Source of the DNA: an uncultured bacterium
GTDB taxonomy: Bacteria > SAR324 > NAC60-12
DNA: 64,000 bases
NCBI GenBank assembly: GCA_965662235.1
Contig: CBFIGY010000007.1
Location: forward strand, 1 to 64,000
Direction: 5' to 3'
Within the stretch, counting starts at the first letter, position 1. Every line of letters begins with the position of its first letter. The translations under genes and the position numbers were made by a program. A model generated the notes under the pieces. The model did not search any database, was not told where the DNA came from, and was given only the letters and a program-made list of their open reading frames with translations. Positions 30,196-40,481 of the stretch are shown in pieces.

Positions 30196-30800
30196 ATTCC
30201 CAAATCCTGAGCCGAAAGCACCCCCGGACGCAGCAGGCGTGGGGGCGTTTGCGTCGCATCCAGCAACGTAGACGGCAGGCCTCCGGGCGTCAGACCGCCA
30301 TCCACCACCAACTCCAAGGCGTCACCTAGCTGCGCCTGAACGGCCTCAGCGCTGACACAGCTGGGCTGCTCACTGAGGTTGGCGCTGGTGCCAATCAGCG
30401 GGCACCCTCCGAGCCGAAGGAGCTGCTGCACAACCGGATGCGGGGAATGCCGGATGGCGAGCGTGCCGCCAGGCCCCTTGAGGAATTCAGGAACTTCTGG
30501 ACGAGCTGGTAGCACCAGCGTCAGAGGTCCCGGCCAGAAACGATTCATCAGGGCCTGCGCCGCCGGAGGCACCTCCACCAACGACTTCCACTGCTCCGGA
30601 AGGGCCAGCAGCAGCAAGGCTTTTTCCACCGGACGTTTTTTCAAGGCAAACACCTGCTTCACGGCACGCTGTGAGAGAGCGTTTCCGCCCAGCCCATAGA
30701 AGGTTTCTGTGGGAAACGCGAGCACACCACCGGAGTGAATCTGCCGCAGTAGCTGGCGTTCCTCACTCTCGGAAAAGGGTGGGGAGAGGGTGACGGTCAT
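30189..30800 (-). CDS. tsaC: L-threonylcarbamoyladenylate synthase (YrdC/Sua5)
   Basis: FPTETFYGLG, KKRP, FWPGPLTLV, GTSANLS, PSTLLD. Confidence 0.93.
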   Translation of the reverse strand: MTVTLSPPFSESEERQLLRQIHSGGVLAFPTETFYGLGGNALSQRAVKQVFALKKRPVEKALLLLALPEQWKSLVEVPPAAQALMNRFWPGPLTLVLPARPEVPEFLKGPGGTLAIRHSPHPVVQQLLRLGGCPLIGTSANLSEQPSCVSAEAVQAQLGDALELVVDGGLTPGGLPSTLLDATQTPPRLLRPGVLSAQDLGIQ

Positions 30801-31951
30801 CGGCCGTCGATCCAACTGGAGAGAGGCTCCACCGCATCCGGAGTCAGGCGGATGAGGCGTAGAAAGGTGAGGGCTCGGTGCTGGCTAGGAGAGAGGCGAA
30901 TGGGAGGCAGCAGCGACTGAGCCGGCTGGTCGAGGGTCTCCGCGGTCTCCAGAACAGACTGCGCACTGAGAGCCCGTCCGTTCTTCTGGAGAACAGCGAC
31001 CATCAGCTCGGCACTGGCTTGCCCCTGAATGGTCCAGCGCGTGACGGCCTGTCCGGGTTGGTAGACCTGGAGCAGTTGCCGGTGCAACTGCAGACCCGGG
31101 TGGTCGGTTTCAACCGGAAGCGGGAGCGCGCTGAGGATCCGCAGCTGCGGCAGAATCCGTGGGTAGCGCTGTGCGGTTTGCATCTCGGCCAGGGCGCTGC
31201 CGACATAGAGGTCACTCCGGAGCCCAACCCGCTGGGCCGCCTCCAGAAAGGCGTGGGTGAGGCCATATTCCGCCAGCAGGATCACGCCGCCAGGACGCTG
31301 GTCCCGGATCGCCTCCACTTCGCTGAGCACGGTGCTTCCGGGGGCTGCGGCCTGCACAAAGCGGAGTGGAAGGGTGGTCTCCAACAGACTCCGGAGCCAG
31401 CCAGCTGCTTCTCGGTAGTCCGGATCGTCTTGATACCAAACGGTGAGGGTGGTTCGGGTCTGCTGCTGGAGGTACTGTCCCACGACCCGGGCTTCCACCT
31501 GAGGGGACGGCAGGAACGCAAAGACGTCCGGCTGCACCGGCTTGGTCCACTGCTCACGGTGCGAAGGCACCCAGAAGCTCGGGCGCTTCAGTTGCTGCAG
31601 AAAGGGCCGCACGGCAAGGTGCGTTTGGTCGGCAGAAGGGGCGAAGAAGAGCAGGGGGGCTGCTTCGGTAATGAGCGTCTCGGTCGCCCGGACGGCGCCT
31701 TGAGGGAGAAACCGGTCGTCTTCCACCCGCAGCTCAAGCCGTCGCCCCAACACCCCTCCTTGGTCGTTGATGTACTGAAAGAAGGCCTGGGCGCCTTTTG
31801 CGGTTTCTGAAAACTCAGAAGCTGCTCCGGAGAGCGGAAGGTGGCTTCCCAGCAGAATGCTCCGCTCCGCCACACCGGTTTCTGCAGAGAGGGATCCGGA
31901 ACTGAAGAGGAGCGAAAACAGACTGAGCAGCAGAGGAAACAAAAATCGCAT
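30797..31951 (-). CDS. ABC transporter substrate-binding protein, LivJ-type
   Basis: Signal peptide; PLSG, YINDQGGVLGRRLEL..EDD. Confidence 0.85.
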   Translation of the reverse strand: MRFLFPLLLSLFSLLFSSGSLSAETGVAERSILLGSHLPLSGAASEFSETAKGAQAFFQYINDQGGVLGRRLELRVEDDRFLPQGAVRATETLITEAAPLLFFAPSADQTHLAVRPFLQQLKRPSFWVPSHREQWTKPVQPDVFAFLPSPQVEARVVGQYLQQQTRTTLTVWYQDDPDYREAAGWLRSLLETTLPLRFVQAAAPGSTVLSEVEAIRDQRPGGVILLAEYGLTHAFLEAAQRVGLRSDLYVGSALAEMQTAQRYPRILPQLRILSALPLPVETDHPGLQLHRQLLQVYQPGQAVTRWTIQGQASAELMVAVLQKNGRALSAQSVLETAETLDQPAQSLLPPIRLSPSQHRALTFLRLIRLTPDAVEPLSSWIDGR

Positions 31952-31958
31952 GAAGGGT

Positions 31959-32618
31959 TCAGGCAAGCTCAAGCGGCGGGAGGACGGCAAAGAAGACGGC
32001 AAAGAAGTGGGCGGCACTTCCTCCAAGCACAAACAGGTGCCAGATGGCATGATTGTAGGGAAGGCGTTTCCAGGCGTAGAAGCCGGCTCCAACAGTGTAG
32101 CTCAGGCCTCCGGCAACCAGCAGAATCATGCCGATTTGGTCAATGGTCTCAAGCATCTGTGGAAGGGCGATCACACACAACCACCCCATGCCAAGGTAGG
32201 CAAAGGTTGATGCTCGTGGCAGTTTGTGGATGAAGAAGATCTTGAAGATGATCCCGAGCACCGCCAATCCCCAGATGACCCCAAAGAGGCTCCAGCCCCA
32301 CGCTCCCCGCATGTTGACCAGCAGGAAGGGCGTGTAGGTGCCGGCAATGAGGAGGAAAATCGCCGAGTGATCCAGGATCTTGAAGATGTGCTTGGCCCGT
32401 GGATGGACCAGCCCGTGGTAAAGGGTGGAGGCGAGGTACAGCAGGATCATGCTGGTTCCGTAAACGCTGACACTGACAATGTGCCACGCGTCTCCGGCAA
32501 AACTGGCAAAGGTCACCAGCACCGTGAGGCCGGCAACACTAAGAACGGCGCCGAGTCCGTGGGTGATGCTGTTGGCCAGCTCTTCTTTGAGATCATAAAG
32601 CGTGGTGTGTTCTTCCAT
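31959..32618 (-). CDS. trhA: Hemolysin III / PAQR family membrane protein (TrhA)
   Basis: EELANSITHG, STLYH, LDHSAIFLLIAGTYTPF, HAIWHLFVLGGS..H. Confidence 0.92.
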   Translation of the reverse strand: MEEHTTLYDLKEELANSITHGLGAVLSVAGLTVLVTFASFAGDAWHIVSVSVYGTSMILLYLASTLYHGLVHPRAKHIFKILDHSAIFLLIAGTYTPFLLVNMRGAWGWSLFGVIWGLAVLGIIFKIFFIHKLPRASTFAYLGMGWLCVIALPQMLETIDQIGMILLVAGGLSYTVGAGFYAWKRLPYNHAIWHLFVLGGSAAHFFAVFFAVLPPLELA

Positions 32619-33577
32619 CAATCCCCCGTTGATTGAGTTCCCGTCAAGACCCTAAGGTGTTCCTGCACACTTGAAGCCAAGGCTTCGAGGTGGTAGCCCC
32701 CTTCCAGTAGACTCACCAAGCGCCCTTCCGCAAAGCGATCCGCGATCTGGAGCAGCTCCTGCGTGGCTTCTCGGTAGGCCGTTTCGGTCAGTTCCAGAGA
32801 CGCCAACGGATCCTCCCGGTGTGCATCAAATCCTGCAGAAACCAAGACGAAATCAGGACGGTAGGCCTCAAGCGTCGGGAGCACCGTGGTCCGGAACTGA
32901 GCGAGGTACTCGGCATCCTGAGTGCCTGGAAGGAAGGGGACGTTGAGGGTGTAGCCGGTGCCGAGCCCGCGACCCCGTTCCGAGTCAAAACCGGTTCCTG
33001 GGTAGCAGGTCCGCGGATGCTGGTGGGTGCTGATGAAGAAAACGTCGCTGCGTTCCTCAAAGAGGTGCTGGGTGCCGTTTCCGTGGTGAACGTCGAAATC
33101 GACAATGGCGACACGCTGGAAGCCCATCTCCCGGACGAGGAACTCGGCCGCCAAGGCGATGTTGTTGAAGAAACAGAACCCCATGGCCTCACTCTGCTCC
33201 GCGTGGTGCCCGGGAGGGCGGACGGCACAGAAGGCGTTGTCAAGGCGGCGGCTGGCGACCTCTTCCACGGCTTCTAGGGCAGCTCCAACCGCATGAAGTG
33301 CGGCCTCATAGGTCTGTCCGGAGACAATGCAGTCGGGCGAGCCCAGGGTATTGACACCGGTTTGCGCTGCTTCTTCAACCTGGGAGATGTGCTGGCGGGT
33401 GTGCATCAGGTTGACTTCATGGACGCCTGCCTTGCGTCCGGAGCGAGGCTCGAGGTGTTCAAACAGTCCGGATTCATGCAGACGTGCTTCAATGGAGCGG
33501 AGGCGTCCTGCGTTTTCCGGGTGCTCGCCGGTGTCGTGTTCCAGGTAGATGGGATTGGTAAAAAAGCCGGTGCTCAT
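32618..33577 (-). CDS. Histone deacetylase-family Zn-dependent deacylase
   Basis: HPE, RPPGHHA, GFCFFNN, DFDVHHGNGTQ, SAGFDAH, LEGGY. Confidence 0.93.
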   Translation of the reverse strand: MSTGFFTNPIYLEHDTGEHPENAGRLRSIEARLHESGLFEHLEPRSGRKAGVHEVNLMHTRQHISQVEEAAQTGVNTLGSPDCIVSGQTYEAALHAVGAALEAVEEVASRRLDNAFCAVRPPGHHAEQSEAMGFCFFNNIALAAEFLVREMGFQRVAIVDFDVHHGNGTQHLFEERSDVFFISTHQHPRTCYPGTGFDSERGRGLGTGYTLNVPFLPGTQDAEYLAQFRTTVLPTLEAYRPDFVLVSAGFDAHREDPLASLELTETAYREATQELLQIADRFAEGRLVSLLEGGYHLEALASSVQEHLRVLTGTQSTGD

Positions 33578-33737
33578 GTGGTCTCAGATCCGGTTGAGGT
33601 TCCAGTGCAATCGAAACTCTAGCATACCCCACGCACAGGCTCACGAAGAAAACGGCTGGAGCGTTCGATCAAAGCCGTTACAGTAAAGGGTTCCTGATCC
33701 CGACCCGGGGCCCCGATGATTTTCACAAGGAGAGCAG

Positions 33738-34961
33738 ATGAGTGTGTACGTGCTGGGAGGTGAGCAAACCGACTTCAGTCGCAACTGGAAGAAGGAGGGC
33801 AAGGAGTTGGTGGACCTGTTCACCGAGTCCATTCAGCAGGCCCTGGAACAGACGCAGTTGGATCCGGCTGAGGTGGAGGTGGCTCATGTGGGAAACTTTG
33901 CAGGGGAACTCTACTGCAAGCAGGGGCACTTGGGCGCGTTTGTCCTGGAAGCAGATGCGCGTCTGATCGGCATTCCCACAGCACGGCACGAGGCGGCCTG
34001 TGCTTCCGGAAGCATCGCCCTGCAGGCCGCTGCGGCTGAAATCGAGGCCGGACGTTACGACCTCGCCTGTGTGGTGGGAGTGGAGCAGATGAAGACGGTT
34101 TCGCCCCGAGACGGTGGGGAGTTTCTGGGCACCGCCGCTTGGTACAGCCGTGAAGCGGAAGGCGTGGAGTTTCCGTTTCCGAAGCTGTTTGGACGGCTGG
34201 GAGACGAATACCGGGAACGTTACGGTTTGGAGTACGCCCACCTTGCCGAAATCTCCCGGATCAACTATGCCAACGCCCAAAAGAATCCCTTGGCCCAAAC
34301 CCGGAGTTGGTATGCAGAGAAGACCCTCGACACGAGTGAGTCCGACAGCAATCCGGTGATCGGTGGACCGGTTCGTCTCAGTGACTGCTCACAGATCACC
34401 GATGGCGCCGCCGTCGTGTTCCTGGCTTCAGAGCGTTACGCCCGGACGTATGCCCAAACCCGAGGCCAGTCGCTGGAGCAAATTCCGGTCATCAAGGGCT
34501 GGGGACAGCGCACGGGGCCGATGCTGTTTGACGCCAAGGTTCAGGAAAGTGCTGGGCAGCCCTATGTGTTGCCCCACGTTCGTCGAACCATTGAAGACGC
34601 CTTCCGGCGTGCAGAGCTTCCGGATGTGTTTGCTGTGGATGGGGTGGAAACGCATGACTGCTTCACGACCTCGGAGTACATGGCCATTGACCACTTTGGC
34701 ATCACCGCGCCCGGAGAAAGCTGGAAGGCGATTGAAGAGGGCGTGATCGCGCTGGGAGGGCGGCTTCCCATGAACCCAAGCGGTGGCTTGATCGGAGGCG
34801 GACACCCCGTTGGGGCAACAGGCGTCCGGATGTTCCTAGACTGCTGGAAGCAGGTGACCGGCCGAGCAGGGGCCTACCAGGTGGAAGGAGCCCGGAACTT
34901 TGCCATGCTGAACCTGGGCGGCAGTGGCACCACCAGCGTTTGCTACGTGTTGGGCGTTTGA
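33738..34961 (+). CDS. Acetyl-CoA acetyltransferase (SCP2-type thiolase)
   Basis: EAACASG, CSQITDGA, ETHDCF, NPSGGLIGGGHPVGATG. Confidence 0.9.
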   Translation: MSVYVLGGEQTDFSRNWKKEGKELVDLFTESIQQALEQTQLDPAEVEVAHVGNFAGELYCKQGHLGAFVLEADARLIGIPTARHEAACASGSIALQAAAAEIEAGRYDLACVVGVEQMKTVSPRDGGEFLGTAAWYSREAEGVEFPFPKLFGRLGDEYRERYGLEYAHLAEISRINYANAQKNPLAQTRSWYAEKTLDTSESDSNPVIGGPVRLSDCSQITDGAAVVFLASERYARTYAQTRGQSLEQIPVIKGWGQRTGPMLFDAKVQESAGQPYVLPHVRRTIEDAFRRAELPDVFAVDGVETHDCFTTSEYMAIDHFGITAPGESWKAIEEGVIALGGRLPMNPSGGLIGGGHPVGATGVRMFLDCWKQVTGRAGAYQVEGARNFAMLNLGGSGTTSVCYVLGV

Positions 34962-34988
34962 TGAAATGAGCAATTGAGGAGAGACGTT

Positions 34989-36377
34989 ATGCCGGAAACC
35001 CCGACGATTACTGCAGAGGTGGTTCAGCGTTACAACCGCCCTGGACCCCGTTACACGAGTTACCCCACGGTTCCCATCTGGCAAGAGGGTACCTTCACAG
35101 AGCCGTTTCAGGAAAGCCTGGCCAAGGAAGGCGGAAAGGACCGGGCGGTTGCGCTTTATGTCCACCTGCCGTTCTGCAAGAAGCTCTGCACCTTCTGTGG
35201 TTGCAACCGGACCATCACCAATGATCAGCAGCTGGTGGAACGCTACCTGAACGCCCTGGAGCAGGAAGTGGCCCAGGTTGCCGCCGGTTTGGGAACCCGC
35301 AAGGTTGCCGCTCAGGTGCACTGGGGAGGAGGCACTCCGACGTACCTGAACGTCGCGCAGCTCCGACGGGTCGCCGGGATCCTCCGGGAGCACTTTGACC
35401 CAGCAGAGGGAGAGGAGTGGGCCATTGAGGTGCACCCCCGAGTGACCACTCGGGAGCAGCTCGAGGTGCTCCACGAGCTCGGCTTTCGGCGCATGAGCTT
35501 TGGGGTTCAGGACATTGACGAGGACGTTCAGCAGGCGATCAACCGCTACCAGACGCTGGAGCAGACTCGGACGGCTTATGAAAGTGCCCGCGAGTTGGGA
35601 TACTCCAGCATCAACCTGGATCTGGTTTACGGACTGCCGCTCCAGAACCGTCGACGCTTCCGGAAGACGCTGGAGGAGGTCTCTCGTCTGCGTCCGGACC
35701 GTCTGGCCATTTACAGCTTCGCGCACCTGCCGTGGATGTTTAAAGCCCACGAACGGGCTCTGAAGCGAGAGGACCTGCCCAGTCCGGATGAGAAGATTGG
35801 CCTTTACCTAGACACGATCCGGCACCTGACGGAAGACGGGTATGAGATGATTGGCATGGACCACTATGCGCTTCCGGAAGACGACCTTGCGGAGGCCCGT
35901 CGAAATCGAACGCTGCACCGGAACTTCATGGGGTACACCACCCTCCATGGCATGGCGCAGATTGGCCTAGGAGTGTCGGCCATTTCCGACTTTGGCGACA
36001 GCTTCTGGCAGAACCCGAAGGAACTCAATGACTACATGGAGACGATTGAAAACGGTCGTCTGGAGCCCCGCCGAGGCCTGCAACTGGATGCGGATGATCA
36101 GATGCGTCGAGAGGTCATTGAGGAGCTGATGTGTCAGGGGGTTCTCGACTATGCGGCTTTGGAAGCCCGGCACGGCTCTCCCTTCTCTGACCTGCTGGCT
36201 GAAGTGGAGCCTGCCATGGCGAGCCTAGAAGCTGAGGAGTTGCTGACCCGGGATGCCGGGCAGCTGCAGCTCACGCCTCTTGGACGCCTGTTTGTCCGGA
36301 ACGTCGCGATGGCGTTTGACCGGTACCTGAAGGAGCAACCGAGCTCAGAGGGACCACGTTACTCACAAACGGTGTAA
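34989..36377 (+). CDS. hemN: Oxygen-independent coproporphyrinogen III oxidase
   Basis: GPRYTSYPT, YVHLPFCxxxCxxC, GGGTP, HRNFMGYT. Confidence 0.95.
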   Translation: MPETPTITAEVVQRYNRPGPRYTSYPTVPIWQEGTFTEPFQESLAKEGGKDRAVALYVHLPFCKKLCTFCGCNRTITNDQQLVERYLNALEQEVAQVAAGLGTRKVAAQVHWGGGTPTYLNVAQLRRVAGILREHFDPAEGEEWAIEVHPRVTTREQLEVLHELGFRRMSFGVQDIDEDVQQAINRYQTLEQTRTAYESARELGYSSINLDLVYGLPLQNRRRFRKTLEEVSRLRPDRLAIYSFAHLPWMFKAHERALKREDLPSPDEKIGLYLDTIRHLTEDGYEMIGMDHYALPEDDLAEARRNRTLHRNFMGYTTLHGMAQIGLGVSAISDFGDSFWQNPKELNDYMETIENGRLEPRRGLQLDADDQMRREVIEELMCQGVLDYAALEARHGSPFSDLLAEVEPAMASLEAEELLTRDAGQLQLTPLGRLFVRNVAMAFDRYLKEQPSSEGPRYSQTV

Positions 36378-36392
36378 CACGACGGAGGACTC

Positions 36393-36608
36393 ATGCTGAA
36401 AGACTTTGACCCAAAGGAACGCAAGGTCATGCTGGTGGTCTTTGTGGCCCTGGCGCTCAGCTTGGTGTACTTCAGCGGCGACGGCTGGCAAGGGCCGCGG
36501 TTGCCGCAGGCTCCGGAGCAGATGCTGGAACTGGACCGCATGGATCAGCGGAACCCGCTTCCGACGGTACCGGCTTCAGAGTCTCGGACCTATGAGACGT
36601 TTCTGTAG
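36393..36608 (+). CDS. Small single-pass membrane protein, hypothetical
   Basis: GGAGG RBS, one TM helix, fills the gap after hemN. Confidence 0.65.
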   Translation: MLKDFDPKERKVMLVVFVALALSLVYFSGDGWQGPRLPQAPEQMLELDRMDQRNPLPTVPASESRTYETFL

Positions 36609-36665
36609 GGAGGAAAGAAGGAGACAGGCGTCCCGGAAGGGTGCTCCGGGCGCCCGTTGCGTCGC

Positions 36666-37946
36666 TTAAGCGACTTCGAGGAGGTACTCTTCGGAAGCTT
36701 CCTGATCCGGGAGCAGGATCTCGTGATCCGTGCTGAACTGGTAGTCCCGGAAGACGTGCTCGGCTGAGAGCAGCTGGTACGATCCGTTGGACAGCTGATG
36801 CGTCGTGTCCTTGAGACGGTAGGTGTAGTGCCCACACGTCCAGATCTTGAACTTGCGCATGTGGGTACACAGGCAGGTTTTGTCCTCAACCGAAATCTTC
36901 CCCCCGTCGCTTTTGGCCAGCTCGCGGTGGTAGGCTTCGACGTAAGCGCACTTGCCGCCTTTGTCCAGAATGTAGCCAAAGGCCTCGCAGTTGGGCTTGA
37001 TGCCGGAACCAATTCCCGGTGAGTTTTTCAGCATCCGCATGGGGTAGCCGGTTGGCGAAATCGTGTTGACGATCACGTCCTCTTCCCGGGCCTTCAGGTA
37101 TTCCTGCTTGGCGCTGTCGGGCAATCCGCACTCGTGGGTCACCGTGAAGCGGGTGGCCACCTGAACCGCGTCGGCGCCCATTTCCAAGTACTCAACCGCA
37201 TCGGTTCCGGTGAAGATGCCTCCGGCCGGAATCACCGGAATGTTGAGGTCGTTTGCTTTGACGAAGGCGAGCACTTCCTCAGTGATGGTCTTGAGGTCGT
37301 AATCGGCCCAGTCGGTGCCAAAGCCGAGGTGTCCACCGGCCAAGGGGCCTTCCACGACAATGAAGTCGGGCAGCCGATTGACCCGAGCGCCTCGCTTCAG
37401 GAAGGGCTTGAGGGCCCGAACGGAGGAGACGATAATGCCCAGCATCGTGTCATGGAAGCGAGGATGGTCGGCAATGAGCTCAAAGGAGCTCAGGTGCAGT
37501 CCCGCGCTGAGGGTGATGCCGTCAATGCCCGCGTCCATGGCGGCCTGAAGCCGAACCCTGAGGGTGTCGCGGGTGTTGTTCATGGTGAGCTTCTCCATGC
37601 AGTTCACGAAGATTGCGCCACTGCCTTTGTGGGCGTTCATCGTGTTTTCCACGTGGAGCCGTTGTGCCTCCGCCAGCTGTTCTAGGTCAAACTGAACATC
37701 TGCCTTGTCGGCACTGTCCGCGTTGTCCTTGAAGGTCTTGTACTTCTGCTGGACAAATTTCGTGTTGTAGCGCCGGTCGGAAACCGTGGGAACCATGGCA
37801 TCCGAAATGTGCCCGATGCCCCCAAGTCGAGCGGCCTCCAGAGCAAGCGCAGCTGAGGAAATGTCGACCCCCATGCCTCCGGTGATGATGGGCACGTACT
37901 CTTTTCCTCTTAAGTTCAGACGAAAATCATCAACTTTTTTGGTCAT
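36666..37946 (-). CDS. Nitronate monooxygenase / FabK-FabX-like FMN enzyme with Cys-rich C-terminus
   Basis: PIITGGMGV, EGPLAGGHLG, VIPAGGI, VQVATRF, SPTGYPMR; AGGGGAGA RBS before ATG at 37946. Confidence 0.85.
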   Translation of the reverse strand: MTKKVDDFRLNLRGKEYVPIITGGMGVDISSAALALEAARLGGIGHISDAMVPTVSDRRYNTKFVQQKYKTFKDNADSADKADVQFDLEQLAEAQRLHVENTMNAHKGSGAIFVNCMEKLTMNNTRDTLRVRLQAAMDAGIDGITLSAGLHLSSFELIADHPRFHDTMLGIIVSSVRALKPFLKRGARVNRLPDFIVVEGPLAGGHLGFGTDWADYDLKTITEEVLAFVKANDLNIPVIPAGGIFTGTDAVEYLEMGADAVQVATRFTVTHECGLPDSAKQEYLKAREEDVIVNTISPTGYPMRMLKNSPGIGSGIKPNCEAFGYILDKGGKCAYVEAYHRELAKSDGGKISVEDKTCLCTHMRKFKIWTCGHYTYRLKDTTHQLSNGSYQLLSAEHVFRDYQFSTDHEILLPDQEASEEYLLEVA

Positions 37947-38108
37947 TCTCCCCTTTTCATCAAGTCGTTCCGCCGGACGTCCGACGCTGCCGCCAAAAAA
38001 CATTGCAACGTCTTCCTGCGGAATTATGCTGAACAGCGTATCATAGCCGGGCGTTCTTCCGGTTAAAGTCAAAATTCCGAAGTAGCACTTTTTGAGCCTT
38101 TCAGTACC

Positions 38109-38831
38109 ATGACACAGACCGCCCGTCTCTTGGATGCCTTAAAGTTCTACCTGAAGGTTCAGGGCATCACCTACCGGAGCCTCGCGCAGCGTTTGAAACT
38201 CAGTGAATCGAGCATCAAGCGACTCTTTTCCGAAGAAAGTTTGTCCCTGAAGCGGTTGGAACGCATCCTCAAGGTGCTGGATCTCGACTTTTACGAGTTG
38301 GCAAAAATGACCCACCGGCACGAGCGGACCCTGAGCTCCGAACTGACGGAGGAGCAGCATCAGGCGCTGGTGAAGCAGCCCCGGCTTCTGCTGGTCGCGT
38401 ACCTGGTGGTCACCGGTTGGAGCCATGAGGAGATCACCCAGCAGTACAACCTGACGCTTGCAGAAGTGAACGCGCTTCTGCTGGAACTGGACCGGCTGGA
38501 GGTGGTGGAGCTGTATCCGGGAGACCGGTTGCGGCTACGGGTGTCGCGTCAGGCACTCATTGCGCCCGGAAGCCCGCTCTGGCAGCTGTGCACCGAGGAG
38601 GTCCTGCCACGTCCATCTCGTCCCACCCTTTGCCTGCCCCTTGCTCTTTCGGAAGACTCTCAGCGGTTGCTCAAGAAGGACCTAGACAAGTTGCACCGGC
38701 GGGCTTATGAGCTGGCCGAGGCTGACCAAGCGCTGGCGGCTTCAGAGCGCCAGCACACTCTGCTTTATGGACACTTTGAGGCGTGGGAACCTCCCTTCTT
38801 GCGGAGGTTCCGGAAGGAAGGCTCGGCCTAG
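38109..38831 (+). CDS. XRE/Cro-type HTH transcriptional regulator
   Basis: LKVQGITYRSLAQRLKLSESSIKRLFS...LSLKRLE; divergent from the NMO-like gene. Confidence 0.85.
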   Translation: MTQTARLLDALKFYLKVQGITYRSLAQRLKLSESSIKRLFSEESLSLKRLERILKVLDLDFYELAKMTHRHERTLSSELTEEQHQALVKQPRLLLVAYLVVTGWSHEEITQQYNLTLAEVNALLLELDRLEVVELYPGDRLRLRVSRQALIAPGSPLWQLCTEEVLPRPSRPTLCLPLALSEDSQRLLKKDLDKLHRRAYELAEADQALAASERQHTLLYGHFEAWEPPFLRRFRKEGSA

Positions 38832-39613
38832 TTGGCCATGATGGAGTAACCGCAGTCGGCAAAGAGTAGCTGTCCGGTGATGGCCGAGGCAGCGTCGCTG
38901 AGCAGAAACGCGGTGCTCTGGGCCACTTCCTGCTGAGTAACGGTCCGGAGCATCGCCGAGTGCTCACCGGCGACCCGGAGCATCTCAGAGAAGTTCTTGA
39001 TGCCGGAAGCCGCAAGCGTCCGGATGGCTCCGGGAGAGATGGTGTTGACGCGGATGTTCTCTGGACCGAGCTGCCGGGCCAGGTAGCGTGTCGAGGCTTC
39101 CAGTGATGCCTTCGCCGTCCCCATGACGTTGTAGTTCGGAACCGCGAGGGTGGAGCCAATGAAACTGACGCTGACAACGCTTCCGGACCCACGCTTGCGC
39201 ATGAGCGGCAGCATGCCATCTGTCAGCGGTAGCAGGGAGTAGGCGCTGATCTCCTGAGCCTTCCGGAAGCCTTCTCGGTTGGTTTCCGAGAAGGGCTTGC
39301 TGAGGTCCTCATGGTCGGCATAGGCGACACTGTGCACCAGGAAGTCGGCTCCGTCGCTCCAGTGGCTGTGCAGCTGCTCCATCAGTTGAGCGATTGATTC
39401 GTCGCTGGAGACGTCACACTCGTGGATCAGGGACGCGTTCACTTTATCCCCCAGCTTCCGGACGTTGGACTCGAAGCGTCCCTTGGGGTCACGGAGGTAG
39501 GTCAGGGCCAACTCAGCGCCCAGCTCGTGGAGTTGCTCGGTGATGGCCCAGGCGATGCTGCGCTGGTTGCCCACGCCAACGATGAGCCCACGTTTTCCGG
39601 AAAAATCAATCAT
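38828..39613 (-). CDS. fabI: Enoyl-ACP reductase
   Basis: GVGNQRSIAW, VHSVAYA, YNVMGTAKASLE, RVNTISPGAIRTLAASGI. Confidence 0.95.
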   Translation of the reverse strand: MIDFSGKRGLIVGVGNQRSIAWAITEQLHELGAELALTYLRDPKGRFESNVRKLGDKVNASLIHECDVSSDESIAQLMEQLHSHWSDGADFLVHSVAYADHEDLSKPFSETNREGFRKAQEISAYSLLPLTDGMLPLMRKRGSGSVVSVSFIGSTLAVPNYNVMGTAKASLEASTRYLARQLGPENIRVNTISPGAIRTLAASGIKNFSEMLRVAGEHSAMLRTVTQQEVAQSTAFLLSDAASAITGQLLFADCGYSIMAN

Positions 39614-40481
39614 TGCTTGCCTTCGTCTTACTGTAATTGAAGTGCCCCAGGGCTTCTCCAAGCCGGATGGGCTGCCCCACCTGAACGTCTCCCCACGCCA
39701 CCTGGTCCTTCTGGAAGAGCAGGATTACGGTGGAGCCCAGTTCAAATTGTCCAAGTTCGTCCCCACGTTCAAGCGGGAGCGGGGTGTCCAGGTTCGCATG
39801 ACGGACCACAGCGCCACGCTGATTTGAAATCGCGCTATCATAGCGCACTCTGATGCGTCCGACAACCGTTGCTCCGACTTTGACCAAGGCGCATTCCCCG
39901 GCGCTAGTATCGAGGTACGAGGTCAGGCGTTCGTTGACGGCAAAGAGCCCATCCACATGCTCAACCCCGAGGGGACTGACGGTCCAGAGGTCTCCAGGGA
40001 TGTAGGAGAAGTGCCGGACGGTGCCGTCAACCATCGTGTGGATGCGGTGGTAGTTGTGGGGAGCCAGGTAGATGGTCATGAACTCGCCGCCCTCATACTG
40101 CTGGGCCCGTTCGGGATCATCAAGCAGGGCAGCGAGGGAGTAGTCAATGCCCTTGGCCTGGATCAGGCGTCCCTGAGTGATGGTGCCAAACTGACCGAGG
40201 GTGCCGTCTACCGGAGAGATGAGGGTGTTGGCGCCGGCTGCCAGGGGACGGAGGCCGGGCTTGAGCGGGCGAGTGAAGAACTCGTTGAAGGAGTGATAGG
40301 CGCTGGGAGGATAGGCTGCTTCCGACCAATCGACCCCGAACGCCCAGGCAAAGCTACGGATCAGCGGCTGCAGGAGGATTCCGGGAAGAGGCAGGTCGGC
40401 CACAAACCCGCAAAGACGTGTGAACTCCTTGCGGGGGAGTAGCGTCATCAAGTGAAACGCGAAGGGTTTTTGCGAGCTCAT
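39606..40481 (-). CDS. psd: Phosphatidylserine decarboxylase proenzyme
   Basis: FNEFFTR, SPVDG, YLAPHNYHRIH, NER, FELGSTVIL autocleavage motif. Confidence 0.95.
   Translation of the reverse strand: MSSQKPFAFHLMTLLPRKEFTRLCGFVADLPLPGILLQPLIRSFAWAFGVDWSEAAYPPSAYHSFNEFFTRPLKPGLRPLAAGANTLISPVDGTLGQFGTITQGRLIQAKGIDYSLAALLDDPERAQQYEGGEFMTIYLAPHNYHRIHTMVDGTVRHFSYIPGDLWTVSPLGVEHVDGLFAVNERLTSYLDTSAGECALVKVGATVVGRIRVRYDSAISNQRGAVVRHANLDTPLPLERGDELGQFELGSTVILLFQKDQVAWGDVQVGQPIRLGEALGHFNYSKTKASND

Noticed and set aside
36628..36654. Hairpin between convergent genes (CCCGGA...TCCGGG)
   Set aside because: Short stem with no U-tract on either strand; too weak to call a terminator.
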